From the NCBI GenBank assembly GCA_004431415.1, contig QPMI01000459.1, positions 121,963 through 185,962 of the forward strand: DNA of 64,000 nucleotides. The letters run 5' to 3'. The notes under the pieces were generated by a model. The model was not told where the DNA came from. It did no database searches and saw nothing but the letters and a program-made list of their open reading frames with translations. The translations under genes were made by a program, and so were the position numbers. Source of the stretch: Cyanophora paradoxa CCMP329. Lineage: Eukaryota > Plantae > Glaucophyta. Below, one piece after another: positions 36,701-47,880 of this stretch; within the stretch, counting starts at the first letter, position 1, and each line of letters opens with the position of its first letter.

Positions 36701-37678
36701 CCGAGGGGGGTGGGGAGGCGGGGGAGGTCCTGGAAGATCGGAGATTCGACCTCGAGACCTTTGGGGGAGTACTGCGAGGAGCTGCGCAGGGTACGGAGTT
36801 GATTCCGAGCGGCGAGCTGCTCGGGAATCCGGTGAGGGGGTACCGGGTCCAGTCGGTGCTGTCGCGGGGTCAGGCGGCGCGACAGAGCGCAGAGAAACAA
36901 CGGGACCCACAAGGGCTGGATGCCGAGCTCCCTGCAGAGCCCGAAGATGTTGCGGTAGGGGTACCAGAATCCGTGGATCCCCGCCTCGACCGGGCGGCCG
37001 CCGGCCTGCGAGTCACGTCGGCGCGCGCGGCGCGCGGCGCGCGGCGTCCGCGGAAGGGGAGAGACGGACCGTACGCCAGCCAGCGACGAGCCCGCCCGGT
37101 TGCGCCGCCGCCTGCGGGCAGGTGAGGTCAAGTTAAGCTCGAGCCAAGCTCGCACCGCCGCCGGCGCAGCGGACCTCGAGAAGGCTGACTTCGTAGCCCT
37201 GCTTGGCCAGGTGGTAGGCCGCGCCCAGCCCCGCCCAGCCGGCCCCGATGACCGAGACCTGGGCCGGCCGAGTAAGCGCTCGAACTCGGCGCGCGGCCTC
37301 CGGCCCGGCCCGGGAGGCTGTACGTTCTACTCGCGCGGCCTAAGTTCTATCAGGCTGTCAAAACCAAGGAGCGATGCGGCGCTCCGAGCGCTACGTCGCA
37401 CGGGGCCCGCACGCGCGCACGCGTTCCGACGCTCACCTTCTTCTTGCCGGACGCGTCCGTCTGCTCGGCCACCACGAACACCGTGCAATCACGCCTCTCC
37501 GCTCTCCGCGCCGCGGGGGGCCTGTGCACGTGGGCCGGCCGCTGCTCGTGGTAGTTATGAGCTCGCGGTCGGGTCAGCGCCGGGAGGCCTAAGAGCTCAC
37601 CGTGCGGCCGCCGAAGAAGGCGCGCGGGTTCCAGCTGCTGCTGGAGCGCTGCTGGACGAGGGCGCTCGCGCTGAACAT
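33702..37678 (-). CDS. FAD-dependent oxidoreductase (amine oxidase/carotene desaturase superfamily, cyanobacterial type), probably plastid-targeted; multi-exon
   Basis: Rossmann motif VIGAGWAGLGAAYHLAKQGYEVSLLE; PVEAGIHGFWYPYRNIF; LPLADRLSALPLLYAVVDFD; FEPMLLVGLFAPGE; AYVTGLEAAN; last exon PVEEDEEHIKALRGVN..QIFL*. Ser-rich N-terminus MFSASALVQQRSSSSW. Confidence 0.9.
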
Positions 37679-37779
37679 TTTGATGGCGGTATACCCCACC
37701 CAGACTACTCCCCCCGGCAAAAAGTCGATCCTCTCGAAGCAGCTGGAGCGCGCGCGCTTCGGCCTCCCGCGCGTGTAAG
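37679..37779. promoter_or_regulatory. Putative bidirectional promoter region (101 bp between divergent ATGs)
   Basis: Minus-strand ATG at 37678 and plus-strand ATG at 37780; both starts are predicted. Confidence 0.5.
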
Positions 37780-40700
37780 ATGCGCGGACCCGTAAAGATC
37801 GTGCCCGTCCCTCCCGCGCCGCCCTCCGTGGAACAGAGCGCGCGCCCTCCGCCAATTGAGGGCTGCCTTGTCTCCGCTTGGGCTCTCAGCACGCAGCCGC
37901 TGTTCCGCTGGCTCCGCAGCGCAGACGCCAAGCGCTGGGCCGTCCTTACAGACGCCTCCCTCCTCCTGTACGCGAGCCCCACCGAGATCACGGTGCGCGG
38001 AGCGCGCCTCGCAAGAATTCACGTTTCCGCCTTACGCGGCGGAACAGCCGGTCGAGGAGGTCGATCTCAGGACGCGCGGCCTGCAGCTTTCCTGGTCGCG
38101 GGACGGGCCGGCGGGCGCCGCGCGGCTCGTCGTCGACCACCCGGCCTTCCTTCGGAAGCTGCTGCTCTGGACGCGGGCGGACGGGGGCGTCGGGATCGAA
38201 TTCTGGGCCGCGCGCATCGGCGAGCGCGTCGCGGCCGCGGCGAAGGAGCGCGGGACGCCCGCCTCGCCTCGCGTGCTCCCCACGCTCGCGCAGCGCTCTC
38301 TTCAGACGAACACCGTTCAATGGCGTGCCCACGGCCCGGCCCGCGCCCGCCGCGCGCGAGCGCTGAACCCGCCCGCCCGCCTGGCCCCGCGCCGGGGCCG
38401 CGTCGAATTACTGTGCCCGCGCCGCAGGTGGTCCCTCACTCCGGAGGGGACTCTGCTCGTGACCCCCGAGGCTGCCCTGGGGTCGCCCCCGCCCCCGCAG
38501 CTCGCCGCCGTCCGTGCCGACGTCGCGGTGCGACGCCAAGTTATAACTCGAATTCAGATCCGCTGAGCCGTACCCCCCGCAGAGCATCGATTCCCTCCTG
38601 CTGTCGTCCCCAAGCGGATCCTCAGGTGAACCCTCTCGCCTATTCTCGTTGCCTCCCGCGCCGTACCCCTCACCCTCTCGGCCCCGCCCCAGCTGCAGCC
38701 ACCCTCTCCGCCCCTCCCTCTCCCGAGCGCATCACGTACCCCCTTTCCTTCTGATATGCCGTACCCCGTTCATCTCACCGTACCCCGTTCATCTCACCGT
38801 ACCCCGCAGCGCCTTCGTCCACGCCGACGAGACGTCTCCGCTCCGGCCGCGGCCCGCCCCGATCCCGTACCCCCCAGACTCTGCTCTCATTTACCCCCGC
38901 AGCGCCGGCGCGGCTTCGGACGCGGGGGTACTCCCTGCTTCGGCCCTGTCCCTCTCCTTCGCCCCCCCTCGAGCCTTCACCTCGGCCCGATTCTTCGTCG
39001 ACGGACGCGATTACTTTGACGTACTCCCGGCTTTGGCCCCCCACCCCCTCCCCCCACCCCCCCCAAAAAATTATATTCGATTCAAGTCGGCGCTTGCAGG
39101 CCGTCGCGACGGCGCTCGAATCCGCGCGGGAGCAGATATTCATCTCCGCCTGGTGGCGCGCTCTACCCCCCTTGGCTGAACGCCGTTCCCCCATGGAAAC
39201 GGCTCTTGATCCCGTGGGGTACGCCAGGTTCTCGCCTGAGATCTACCTGCGGAGGGGGCAGCCCCCCGACGGGGGCCTGGATCCCCACTGGCGGCTCGAC
39301 AAGTGCTCTACCCCCCTTCCACCTCCCCCAACCCCCCTCCTCGCTCTCCCCTTCTCAGCCCTGCCTCTGACCCTTGCCTTGCCTCGCCTTGCCTCGCCCC
39401 CCGCAGCGTGCTCAAGCGGAAGGCGGGGCAGGGAGTGCGCGTTTATGTTCTCCTCTGGAACCACAGCCGCATCGCATTCCGGTGCGCGGGGGCCGGAGCC
39501 GAAGCTCGAGCTCGAGGATGAACAGCTTAAAGAGCTCAAAAGAGATCTAGAGGACTCATTTGGACCGCCCGGACTCACCCTCCTAAGAGATCTATTTTTA
39601 GAAGACTTGTGTGAACCCGCCTGGCCTCGCTCGCAGGTACATCTACAGCAGCCGCGTCCGCCGCCTCCTCGAGGCGCGCGCCCTCGTACCCCCCTCCCAC
39701 CCCGCCCCCGCTCACCCCCCCGCGGCGCAGGCCCTGGACCCCTTCGTCCACGTCCTCAAGGCGAGCGAGCGGCCTATCCCCCCCAGTGCCGCCGGCGCCG
39801 GCGCCCTCCCCGCCCACTGCGCCCCTGGGGCTCCGCTTGCCCCAGAATGAGGAAGGGGGAGGAGGGCCCCGCGCTTTCTAACAGCTCCCCCCCCGCCCCC
39901 CCACAGATCCCGCGGGCGACGCGGTCGATCTTCCGGTGGTCGATGCACGAGAAGGCCGTCGTCGTCGACCAGGCGCCCCTGCCCCCGCCTCCCGCCCCCC
40001 TGCCCCCCCGCCCCCCGCCCGGCCTCCGTCAAGCCAAAGCTTCGAACTCTTCGGAGCTGATCGCGGGCGGGGCGGTGCGCCCGGGGCGTGCGCAGGAGGT
40101 GGCGTTCCTTGGCGGGGCCGACCTCAACTTCGGTGCGCCCCGCCACCCCCACCTCTCCTCCTCCTCCCCGCCCTTCCCAAGCCTTCCTAGGCCTTCCTAG
40201 GCCTAACCCTAACCCTAAGCCGCGCGCGCACGCCCGCGCCGCGCTGAGGCACGCGCGCGCAGGTCAGGCCCCCCGCCTCAGCGCGCGCGCGCCGCCCCCT
40301 CCTCTCTTCCTCCTCGAGCCGCGCCGCGCTGAGGCCGGGGCATGCGCAGGGCGGTGGGACACGGCGGGGCACGCCCTCGCCGACGAGCGCTCGCTCACCT
40401 GGCCCGGCGCGCCCCCGCCCCGCCCCGCCCCGCCCCTCCCGCCCAGACCTGTGCCCGGGCCCCTGTGCATGCGCCCCGCCCGGCAGCCCGCACGGAGGCA
40501 CTAATTTTATGCCCCTCTTAAAGTATTCGACAACAAAGAAGAAGCAATCTAACGGAACTGCTTCAGGGAAGGACTACTTCGCGTTCCCGTCGGCGCCGAT
40601 CGCGGACGCCGACCCGTGGCGCGACCCCGCCGACCGCCGCGCCGTCCCCCGCCTCCCTGGCCCGCACCCGCCCCGCCCCGGCCCCCGCCCGGTCCCGCCT

Positions 40701-43700
40701 AGGAGACCCCGCCCCGCCCCGCCTCGCGTCGCGTCCTCGGTGACCGCCACCCGCCCTGGGGCGTAAACCCTCATATCCGCCCACCCCCTCCCCGCCCCCG
40801 CCCCCGCCCCCTGCCCAGGCTTCGGCCCCGGCCCGGCCCGGCCCGGCCGACTCTGACGTCCTCCTCCTCCTCCTCCTCCTTCGTCCTCCGTTGTTAGGCA
40901 CGACGCCAACATCGCCCTCGACGGTGCGTGCGGGCCCGCCCCGCCCCGCCCGCCCCGCCCCGCCAGCCGCCCCTTGATCACCCCTCCGCGCCCCACACCA
41001 CCCCCACACCACCGAAATCGCTCGCTCGGGCTTTTTATTCTTCTTCTTTCTAGCACCCCGCCCCGCCACGCCCCGCCCGCCTCACCTCGCTCCACCCCGC
41101 CCCGCCCCGCCCCTCCCCGCCCCGCCCCCCTCCTTCCTCTTCCTCGCGCCCTCCGCCCACTCGCCCGCCTTCCGCAGGGGAGGCGGCGCGGGACCTCGCG
41201 GCGCACTTCGTCCAGATGTGGAACCGCCGCAGGCGCCCAGCCCTCCCCGCTTTCGCTTTTAGGCGCACTTCGTCCAGATGTGGAACCGCCGCAGGCGCCT
41301 CTTTGACCCTCCCCTATTTATCTTTTTTAGCTTTCTAGCTTCTAGTCTTCTAGCTCCTTGGCTTCTATGTGGAACCGCCGCAGGCGCCCAGCCCTCCCCT
41401 CTTTCGTTTCTAGCCTTCTAGCTCCTTGACTGCTAGCATTCAAAGACCTGCTTTCTCTTCTCCTCGTCCTTCTTCCTGAAGCCCTTCCGCCCCGCCCCGC
41501 CCCGCGCACGCGCAGCAACCACCTGTACCGCCCCAAGTACGGCTTCCTCGCGCCCAAGGCCGACCCGCCCCGCCGCGGCGCCCTCGCCGCCCTCCTCGGG
41601 GGCGAGGGCGGCGGCGCCACCTGCGTCGCCCAGCTCGTGCGCCGCCCCTACGCTATTTATAGGCTACGACGACGAAGACGCCCCTGGGGCGCCCTGGGGC
41701 GCTTCTTGGGCTAGACCGCTTCGTCGGCGCTCTGGCCGCATCGCCCCGCCCCGCCCTGCGCGCCTTGCGATCGGGACGGCCGACTCGACGTCGCGCAGGT
41801 GCGCTCCGTGGGCCGCTGGACGTCGGCCGCCCGCCCCGAGCAGGTGCCCGCGCTCGCGCTCGCGTCCCGCGTCCCGCAAAGAGATCCAAGCCATGCCCTC
41901 TAGCTCACCTCTGCACGCTCCGCACCCGGCAGAGCGTCCGCGAGATGTCCCATAAGATGAAGCTTATAGGCAGGCGGTTCTAAGAAACGTTTAAGGGTCT
42001 CACCCTCGCCTGCCCGGCAGAGCGTGCACGAGGCGCTGCTGCACGCGGTCTCCCAGGCCCGCCACTTCATCTACCTCGAGAACCCGGTACCCCCGGCTTC
42101 CTCCTCCTCCCCCACCCGATTCGAATTCGATCTGATCGATTGGTCTATTTCATTTTCGCCGCAGTTCTTCGTGTCGAGCACGGGATCCCGCCGGTGCGCG
42201 CTTGGGCTTGGGCTCGCGCCGCGTTTAGAGGCCGTACCCCTCCCACTTCTCACGCTCCTTCGGGGGGTACAGGTACATCGAGAACGGCGTGGGCGCCGCC
42301 ATCGCCGACCGCGTCAGCGCCGCCATCGCCGAGTACCCCTTTTCCCCTCCCCCGCCTCTCTTTTTTCTGACGGGGGGTACAGGGGCCGTCCGTTCCGCGT
42401 CTACATCGTACTCCCCGAGACGCCCGAGACCGGCGCCAACAGTTCGCCCTACCCCCCCTCTAGTCTTCCCGTACCCCCTAGAACCGAAAGCGGCGCAGGC
42501 CCCGCCAACCAGACGATCCTGAACTGGCAGCACCGCTCCCTGGCCGTGCGCTGTACCCCCCGCCCGTTCCGCCTCCCCCTGAAGCGCCCCCTTGCAGCGC
42601 GGGCCGGGCTCGATGATAGGGCGCATCCGGTACCCATCCTCTTACCCCGTCTCCCCCCCGTCCCCCTTCTTTTTTTCTTGAGCCCGGGCCCTCGCAGGGC
42701 GGCGCACCCCGGGGTAGACGTCGCTGAGTACTTCGCCCTCTCCTCCCTCCGGTGGGCCCCGGCTCCGGCCCCCGCCCCCTCTAGATCTAAAAATAGATCT
42801 TCGCCGGCCCTCTCGAGTCGATCCTCTCGCCCCTCACGCGCTCCCTCGGTCCCGCAGAACCTGCGGCCTCATCAGCGGCCGCCACGTCTCCGAGAAGGTC
42901 AGTACCCCCACTCCCCCCGGTTCCGCAGTTCTTTCATGATTCGGTGCCGTACCCCCCGGGACAGATCTACGTGCACTCGAAGATCCTTCTGGTCGACGAC
43001 CAGGCACGTACCCCTCCATCAAAGCCCTCCTGGACGTTTCTTTTCGACGTTTGTGTACCCCCAGGTGGCGGTGGTGGGCACGGCGAACGTAGCTGACCGC
43101 TCCCTCGCCCCGCACCGCGACTCGGAGGTTCTTCCTCCTCTCCCTTGCCTTAAGCTTTCCTTCCTTATCCTTCCTTGTTCCTTAGGTGGCGGCGGTGGTG
43201 GCGGACACGGAGCGCGTCCCCTCGCGCATGGGCGGGCGCCCCTTCCCCGCCGCCCGGCGCGCCCCCGTCCCATCTCAGAGTCTCTAGCGGCCCTGACGGC
43301 CCAGCGGCCTTAAGCTAACCCCACCGGACTTAAGCCGCCCGGGGCGCCCCCGGGCCCATCCCCTCTTCCCATCTAGACGCCCATCCTTAACTGCCTTCGT
43401 CTAAATCTATTGCATCTAATGGCGCCCGCCTGCAACAGCGGGGCGACCCTTCCGAAAGTTCCCCCTCCCCCCCTTGGCGTCGCGGCTCACGGGGCCGCGC
43501 TCCCCCCCCCCCCCCCCCCCCCTCTTCCCCCCCCGCAGCTTCGCGTTCGAGCTGCGCCAGCGGCTCTGGCGGGAGCACCTCGGCCTCCCGGAGGCCCGCC
43601 CCCGCCCCCGCCCTCGCCCCCGTCCCCGTCCTAATCATAATACGCTCATATTTAATATAGAGATCCCTAAAGCGATACAAGATCAAGCTCTCGTCTGGGC

Positions 43701-44991
43701 GATCACGCGATTAAGCTCGGCCCGGCGCCGGCCGCCTCGCCCCTTGACCAACGCATCCCCTCGCGCCCCGCTCGCGCCTCACGCGTGGGCAGGGGCCGGG
43801 GGCGGGGCCAGGGGACCCGCGGCTACTGGACCCCGTCTCGCCCGACACCTGGCACGGGTGCCCGCGCCCTAGCCAAATATTAATCCGGCGCCGAGCTAGT
43901 CTGAGACGTTCCGGCTACGTAGCCTATTGGATAGGACTCTCGAGCTCCCTCCCGCCCCCGCAACTTCGTGTTCTTAGGGGTAGAGGGGGAGGGGGATTGC
44001 TCTGCTCAGTTCTCGCCGACCTCACGCAATCGCTCGCGCAGGCTCTGGCGGGCGACGGCCGCGCGCAACACCGCCTGGTGCGTCCTCCATCCGCCCCCCC
44101 CCCCCCCCCCCCCCCCCCTTCCCTATTTTTTTTGAACTTCGCGATCGGCGGGGGCCGGTGCCGGGGCCGCCGCCAGGTTCCACGAGACGGTACGCGTAAT
44201 CCCGGCGCACTGCATCTCATCTCGTACCCCCCGGCGCCTCCCTCATCCTCCGGCAGTTCCCGGGCATCGTGGTCTCCAACGGCCCCGTCTTCGAGGCCGC
44301 CCCCGATCGCGAGGCCAGGGGCGGCAGCCCCGCCCCCGCCCCCGCCTGCGCCCATGTGCACGGGCCCGGCCGGTGCGTCGGCCCCCCTCAGCTCCTCCTC
44401 TGAATGAGGCACCTGAGGGGAGGGGTACGCGTGCGCGCGCAGGTGCCCCGGGTCGACGCTGGTGGAGTACCCCTTCGACCTCCTCGAGGTGCGCGCCCTG
44501 AATGAAGGGGTTTCGAAGTCGAGAGCCCTGGGCCTTGGGCCGCGTCCGCTTAGCGCCAGATTCTTGTAGATCCTATAGATCGTGCCTCGCCCCTAAAAGG
44601 GGGATCTTGATCTTGAAAGAGAGGGATAGAGGCCCAGGGGGCGTCGCCTTCCGTTTTCGAGAGCCCTGGGCCTTGGGCCCGGCCGCGTCCAGTTTTTTAG
44701 CGCTCAAAAAATTAGATCTGGTACCCCCCTACCGCCAGATCCTTATGATCTGGTGCCTCGCCCCTAAACTTGAAAAGGAGGGATAGAGGCCCAGCTGCAG
44801 GGGGCGCCGCCTTCTTTCTCACGCGGGCGCAGGCGCGGGTGCTGCGGCCCTCGGCGCTGCCGCGGCGCCTTCGGCTGCTGCGGACGGGCGGGGGCGAGGC
44901 GGCGGCGGAGGCGGCGGGGGAGTCCGCGGAGGGCCGCTGGCGCCGCCTCGTCGCCCGCGTCGTCCTCCGCCTCTCCATCCCCTTCCTCTGA
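37780..44991 (+). CDS. Phospholipase D (PLD1/PLDzeta-like) with a possible N-terminal PH-like region; many short introns
   Basis: FFVDGRDYF, AREQIFISAWW-FSPEIYLRR, HKD1 MHEKAVVVDQ-EVAFLGGADL, RWDT, WPGKDY, AARDLAAHFVQMWN, ARHFIYLEN-QFF, HKD2 IYVHSKILLVDDQ-VAVVGTANVADRS, and LRQRLWREHLG. Confidence 0.92.
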
Positions 44992-45450
44992 GGCCCGGCC
45001 CCCGGCGCCCCCAGGCCCGGCCGCCGGGCCGTGTAAATGGAAGCTTGTATCACAATATAATTAAGCACCCCTGCATACATATGCGCATGCCCCGGTGGTC
45101 CGGCCCCGCCGCCGGGCCGTGTACATGTATACGCCGTGTGACGTAAGCTCCAGATCTAGAACCCCTTGCATTCCAGGGCTACACACTGTGCATGTGACAC
45201 TCGTTGCATTGCATTAATGTTCCGTATCCAGTACTAGTGATCACGATCATGACATGACACAATAAGATCGAACAAATAGACAAGAGACGACCACTTCAAG
45301 CCAATGTAAGCAGGATCGCAATCACGACGAAGGACACGAGAACGCAAAAAATGAGGAGAGCGCGCAAGCAGTATGGAAAGCAGTAGAAGAGGACGCGACA
45401 GTCGCACTAAAGCTAGAAGATCCTTGAAGATTTTGAAGCCGCTAGATCTA

Positions 45451-45706
45451 TGTCGGATGAGAGGATTCCCACCCGGTGCAGCGTCCGTGCGGTCACGCAC
45501 GGGCTGGGGCTGTAGCTGGGAGCACAAGTGGTCTATTCACAAGTGTACCCGTCCAGGGATCGCGTACCCCCAAACGGAGTCGCGCCCGGCGCTAAGTCAG
45601 AATACAGAGAGTGCTAGAGCTAGCTGCTCGATAGCACTAGACTAGGGCTAGCGGCTACGCATAGACTGCCGGCTAGCCTAATCCGAGGGAATCGCGGCAC
45701 GCGACA
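45451..45706 (-). repeat. 3' LTR
   Basis: Identical by eye to 63682-63937. Confidence 0.97.
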
Positions 45707-45718
45707 ACTCCTCACTCT
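45707..45718 (-). other. Polypurine tract
   Basis: Minus-strand AGAGTGAGGAGT abuts the 3' LTR. Confidence 0.8.
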
Positions 45719-46395
45719 GCATACGGTGCGTCCTCGCACCGGACCGCGCCAAGCCGAACGTCGAGTCTGCATGCTCGACGGGGCGTCCACCCCACCGCCG
45801 GGGTGTGCACCAACCACGGCAGCGACAGGGCGGCGGCGAGTGAACTCCTCTCGAAGTAGAATGTCCGTCGTCAGCAACCAGATATGCCAGGTAGCATAGC
45901 TCGCGACCGAAATAGGAGCCGATACCAGCATAGTGCATGTACCTAGGCAACCCCAGGCCAAGCTCGAAAGATGGAAAAGCATAGAACTCGAAACCCCCAA
46001 AAGCTGGCCCAAACTCGCTCCAACGGCGAGAGCCGAAGGAGAGTGGCACGGATGGGAAGTTTCACCGCCTCGGGAAGAAACCAGCGAGGAGGTATCCGGG
46101 CCGCCCATCAGGCCCAACGAAAGGATAGGGCACGACTGAGTGCACCCCCAGCCAGCAACCTCGAGCCCCTCACGGACCCGCAGGCACCCGGGAGGCCTAC
46201 ACCCAGCCACTCTCCACGAGCGACGGGCCCAGATCCCAGAAAATGGAACGAAAGGCCCAGATGGCGCCCCGTGATTGGCCACCAGCCAACCCACGTCCCA
46301 CCTCGGAAGCCAGGGCTGAGGCAAAGCGGGCAAAGAAATCTGCCCCACGGCGCAAGCACAGCGATCGCAAAGGGAACAGCAATGGGACGAGCTTC

Positions 46396-47880
46396 TCACA
46401 GGTCGTCGACCAAAATCGCGTCATCCATCTCAACCTCGTCGCCCTCGGCAGCCCGCTCGGGGCCCTCGGCGTCGACGTCAGGGGCGAGAGGTGGATTTTG
46501 TTCTTGAGCGGGCGAGTCCGCGAGTGCGGGGTCGATCGCCGGCTCGTCGGCGTTCACAGCAGTCTTCCGAGGCCGACCAACGCGGGGACGGGCTTGAGAC
46601 TCGGAGAGACGCGTGCGGAACGGAAGCATGCAGTCGATGTGGGCAACAGTCTCACGCAGAGGACGGGTACGGGCATCGTCCTTGGCGGAGTAGGGCTTAG
46701 CCGACCCCTTGACCGTGTAGGTGTAACCGCCAGGGTTAACACCAGTCACAGTGTAGGGCCCGACCCACGAATTGTACAGCCCTTTGTTGTGTTCGCCCAT
46801 CCAGCACAATACCTTGTCGCCAACCTCAAAGCGGCGACGATGAGGCGGGTTGCCGGTGCGAGCAACCATGCGGTTCCGATAGAACCGACGGTACTCGCGC
46901 GAGGCAGCGTCGGCGCTCGCGGCAGCTCGCGTCATCGCGAGAAGGTAATCAGCCGGGTGCGTGTGGTCGGGGTTCACGAAGCGGACGCCGGCTCCGAAGC
47001 GCACTTCGCAGGGCAGGTGCACTTCAGAACCGCGGTGCAAGACCATCGGGGAGAACCCGGTGGCGGAGTGCACGGTGGTCCGCAACGCGAGAACGATATC
47101 GGCGCGGGTACCCTTCTCCTTGAAGAACGCGTTCCACGCGCCCCCAACGAGTTGGGACCCGCGGTCCGTCAGGATGCGCGCGGGCACGCCCTCGTGCGTA
47201 TAGAAGTCGATCGCGGTGGCGAGCAAGGCCTCGCCGGAGATACGGGAGAGCGGGTAGATATAGCAGAACTTGGTGTATGCGTCGACGTACGCGATGATGT
47301 ATCGCGAACCGTCTTCGTGCATATCCAAGTGGAAGATATCCACCTGCCACAGGTCTCCCTTGCCCGAAGGCTGTATCACCTGAATGGCGGTACGGCGGGG
47401 CTTCGCGGCCTTCGCGAACTGACAGTGCGGGCACGACCGCACAAAGCGAGCGATGGAGGCGTACATGCCAGGCCACCAGAACCGCAGGGCGATCCGACGG
47501 GCTATCACGGGCGCGCCTCGATGGGCCCAGCCCTCGTGATAGGCGTAGAGCACCCTGTCGATCCAAGCGTCCGGCAAGACGGGTAGGAACCGGCCGGCAG
47601 GGACCAAGGGGTTGCGCTCGATGACGCCGTCGTCGGCCAGGCTGAACTCGCCGGCCAGGCGTGCAAAGCGCTCCTTGGCCCGCAGGCAGTGAGCGCAGCT
47701 GGGCGAGCAGGGATCTGCGTCGCGCCTCGAGCCGCGGGTACAGACAGTTGGATTCTCGCCCTCTGCGTGGAAGGCGAGAAGCTTCTTGCAGAAGGAATCC
47801 TCCTTCTGAGCGGCGAGCAGACGCTTGCGCTTCTCGGGCGGGAACATACGGCGCAGCGCGTCGGGGAGCGCCCCATCGAC
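46396..47880 (-). CDS. Integrase (HHCC, D-D present, catalytic E segment deleted, GPY/F motif)
   Basis: YHEGWAHRG..FWWPGM..CPHC; WQVDIF; ILTDRGSQ; then KGTRADIVLALRTTVHSATGFSP with no HPQxNGxxERxN segment; SWVGPYTV. Confidence 0.92.
   Translation of the reverse strand, partial: VDGALPDALRRMFPPEKRKRLLAAQKEDSFCKKLLAFHAEGENPTVCTRGSRRDADPCSPSCAHCLRAKERFARLAGEFSLADDGVIERNPLVPAGRFLPVLPDAWIDRVLYAYHEGWAHRGAPVIARRIALRFWWPGMYASIARFVRSCPHCQFAKAAKPRRTAIQVIQPSGKGDLWQVDIFHLDMHEDGSRYIIAYVDAYTKFCYIYPLSRISGEALLATAIDFYTHEGVPARILTDRGSQLVGGAWNAFFKEKGTRADIVLALRTTVHSATGFSPMVLHRGSEVHLPCEVRFGAGVRFVNPDHTHPADYLLAMTRAAASADAASREYRRFYRNRMVARTGNPPHRRRFEVGDKVLCWMGEHNKGLYNSWVGPYTVTGVNPGGYTYTVKGSAKPYSAKDDARTRPLRETVAHIDCMLPFRTRLSESQARPRVGRPRKTAVNADEPAIDPALADSPAQEQNPPLAPDVDAEGPERAAEGDEVEMDDAILVDDL

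Noticed and set aside
40202-40218. cctaaccctaaccctaa telomere-like repeat in a PLD intron
   Set aside because: Under three units in C-rich DNA; too short to support an interstitial telomere or healing event.
45237-45450. A-rich stretch flanking the LTR element as another retroposon 3' end
   Set aside because: Composition resembles 12020-12300, but no poly(A), TSD or alignable similarity is visible and the window ends shortly after the other flank.
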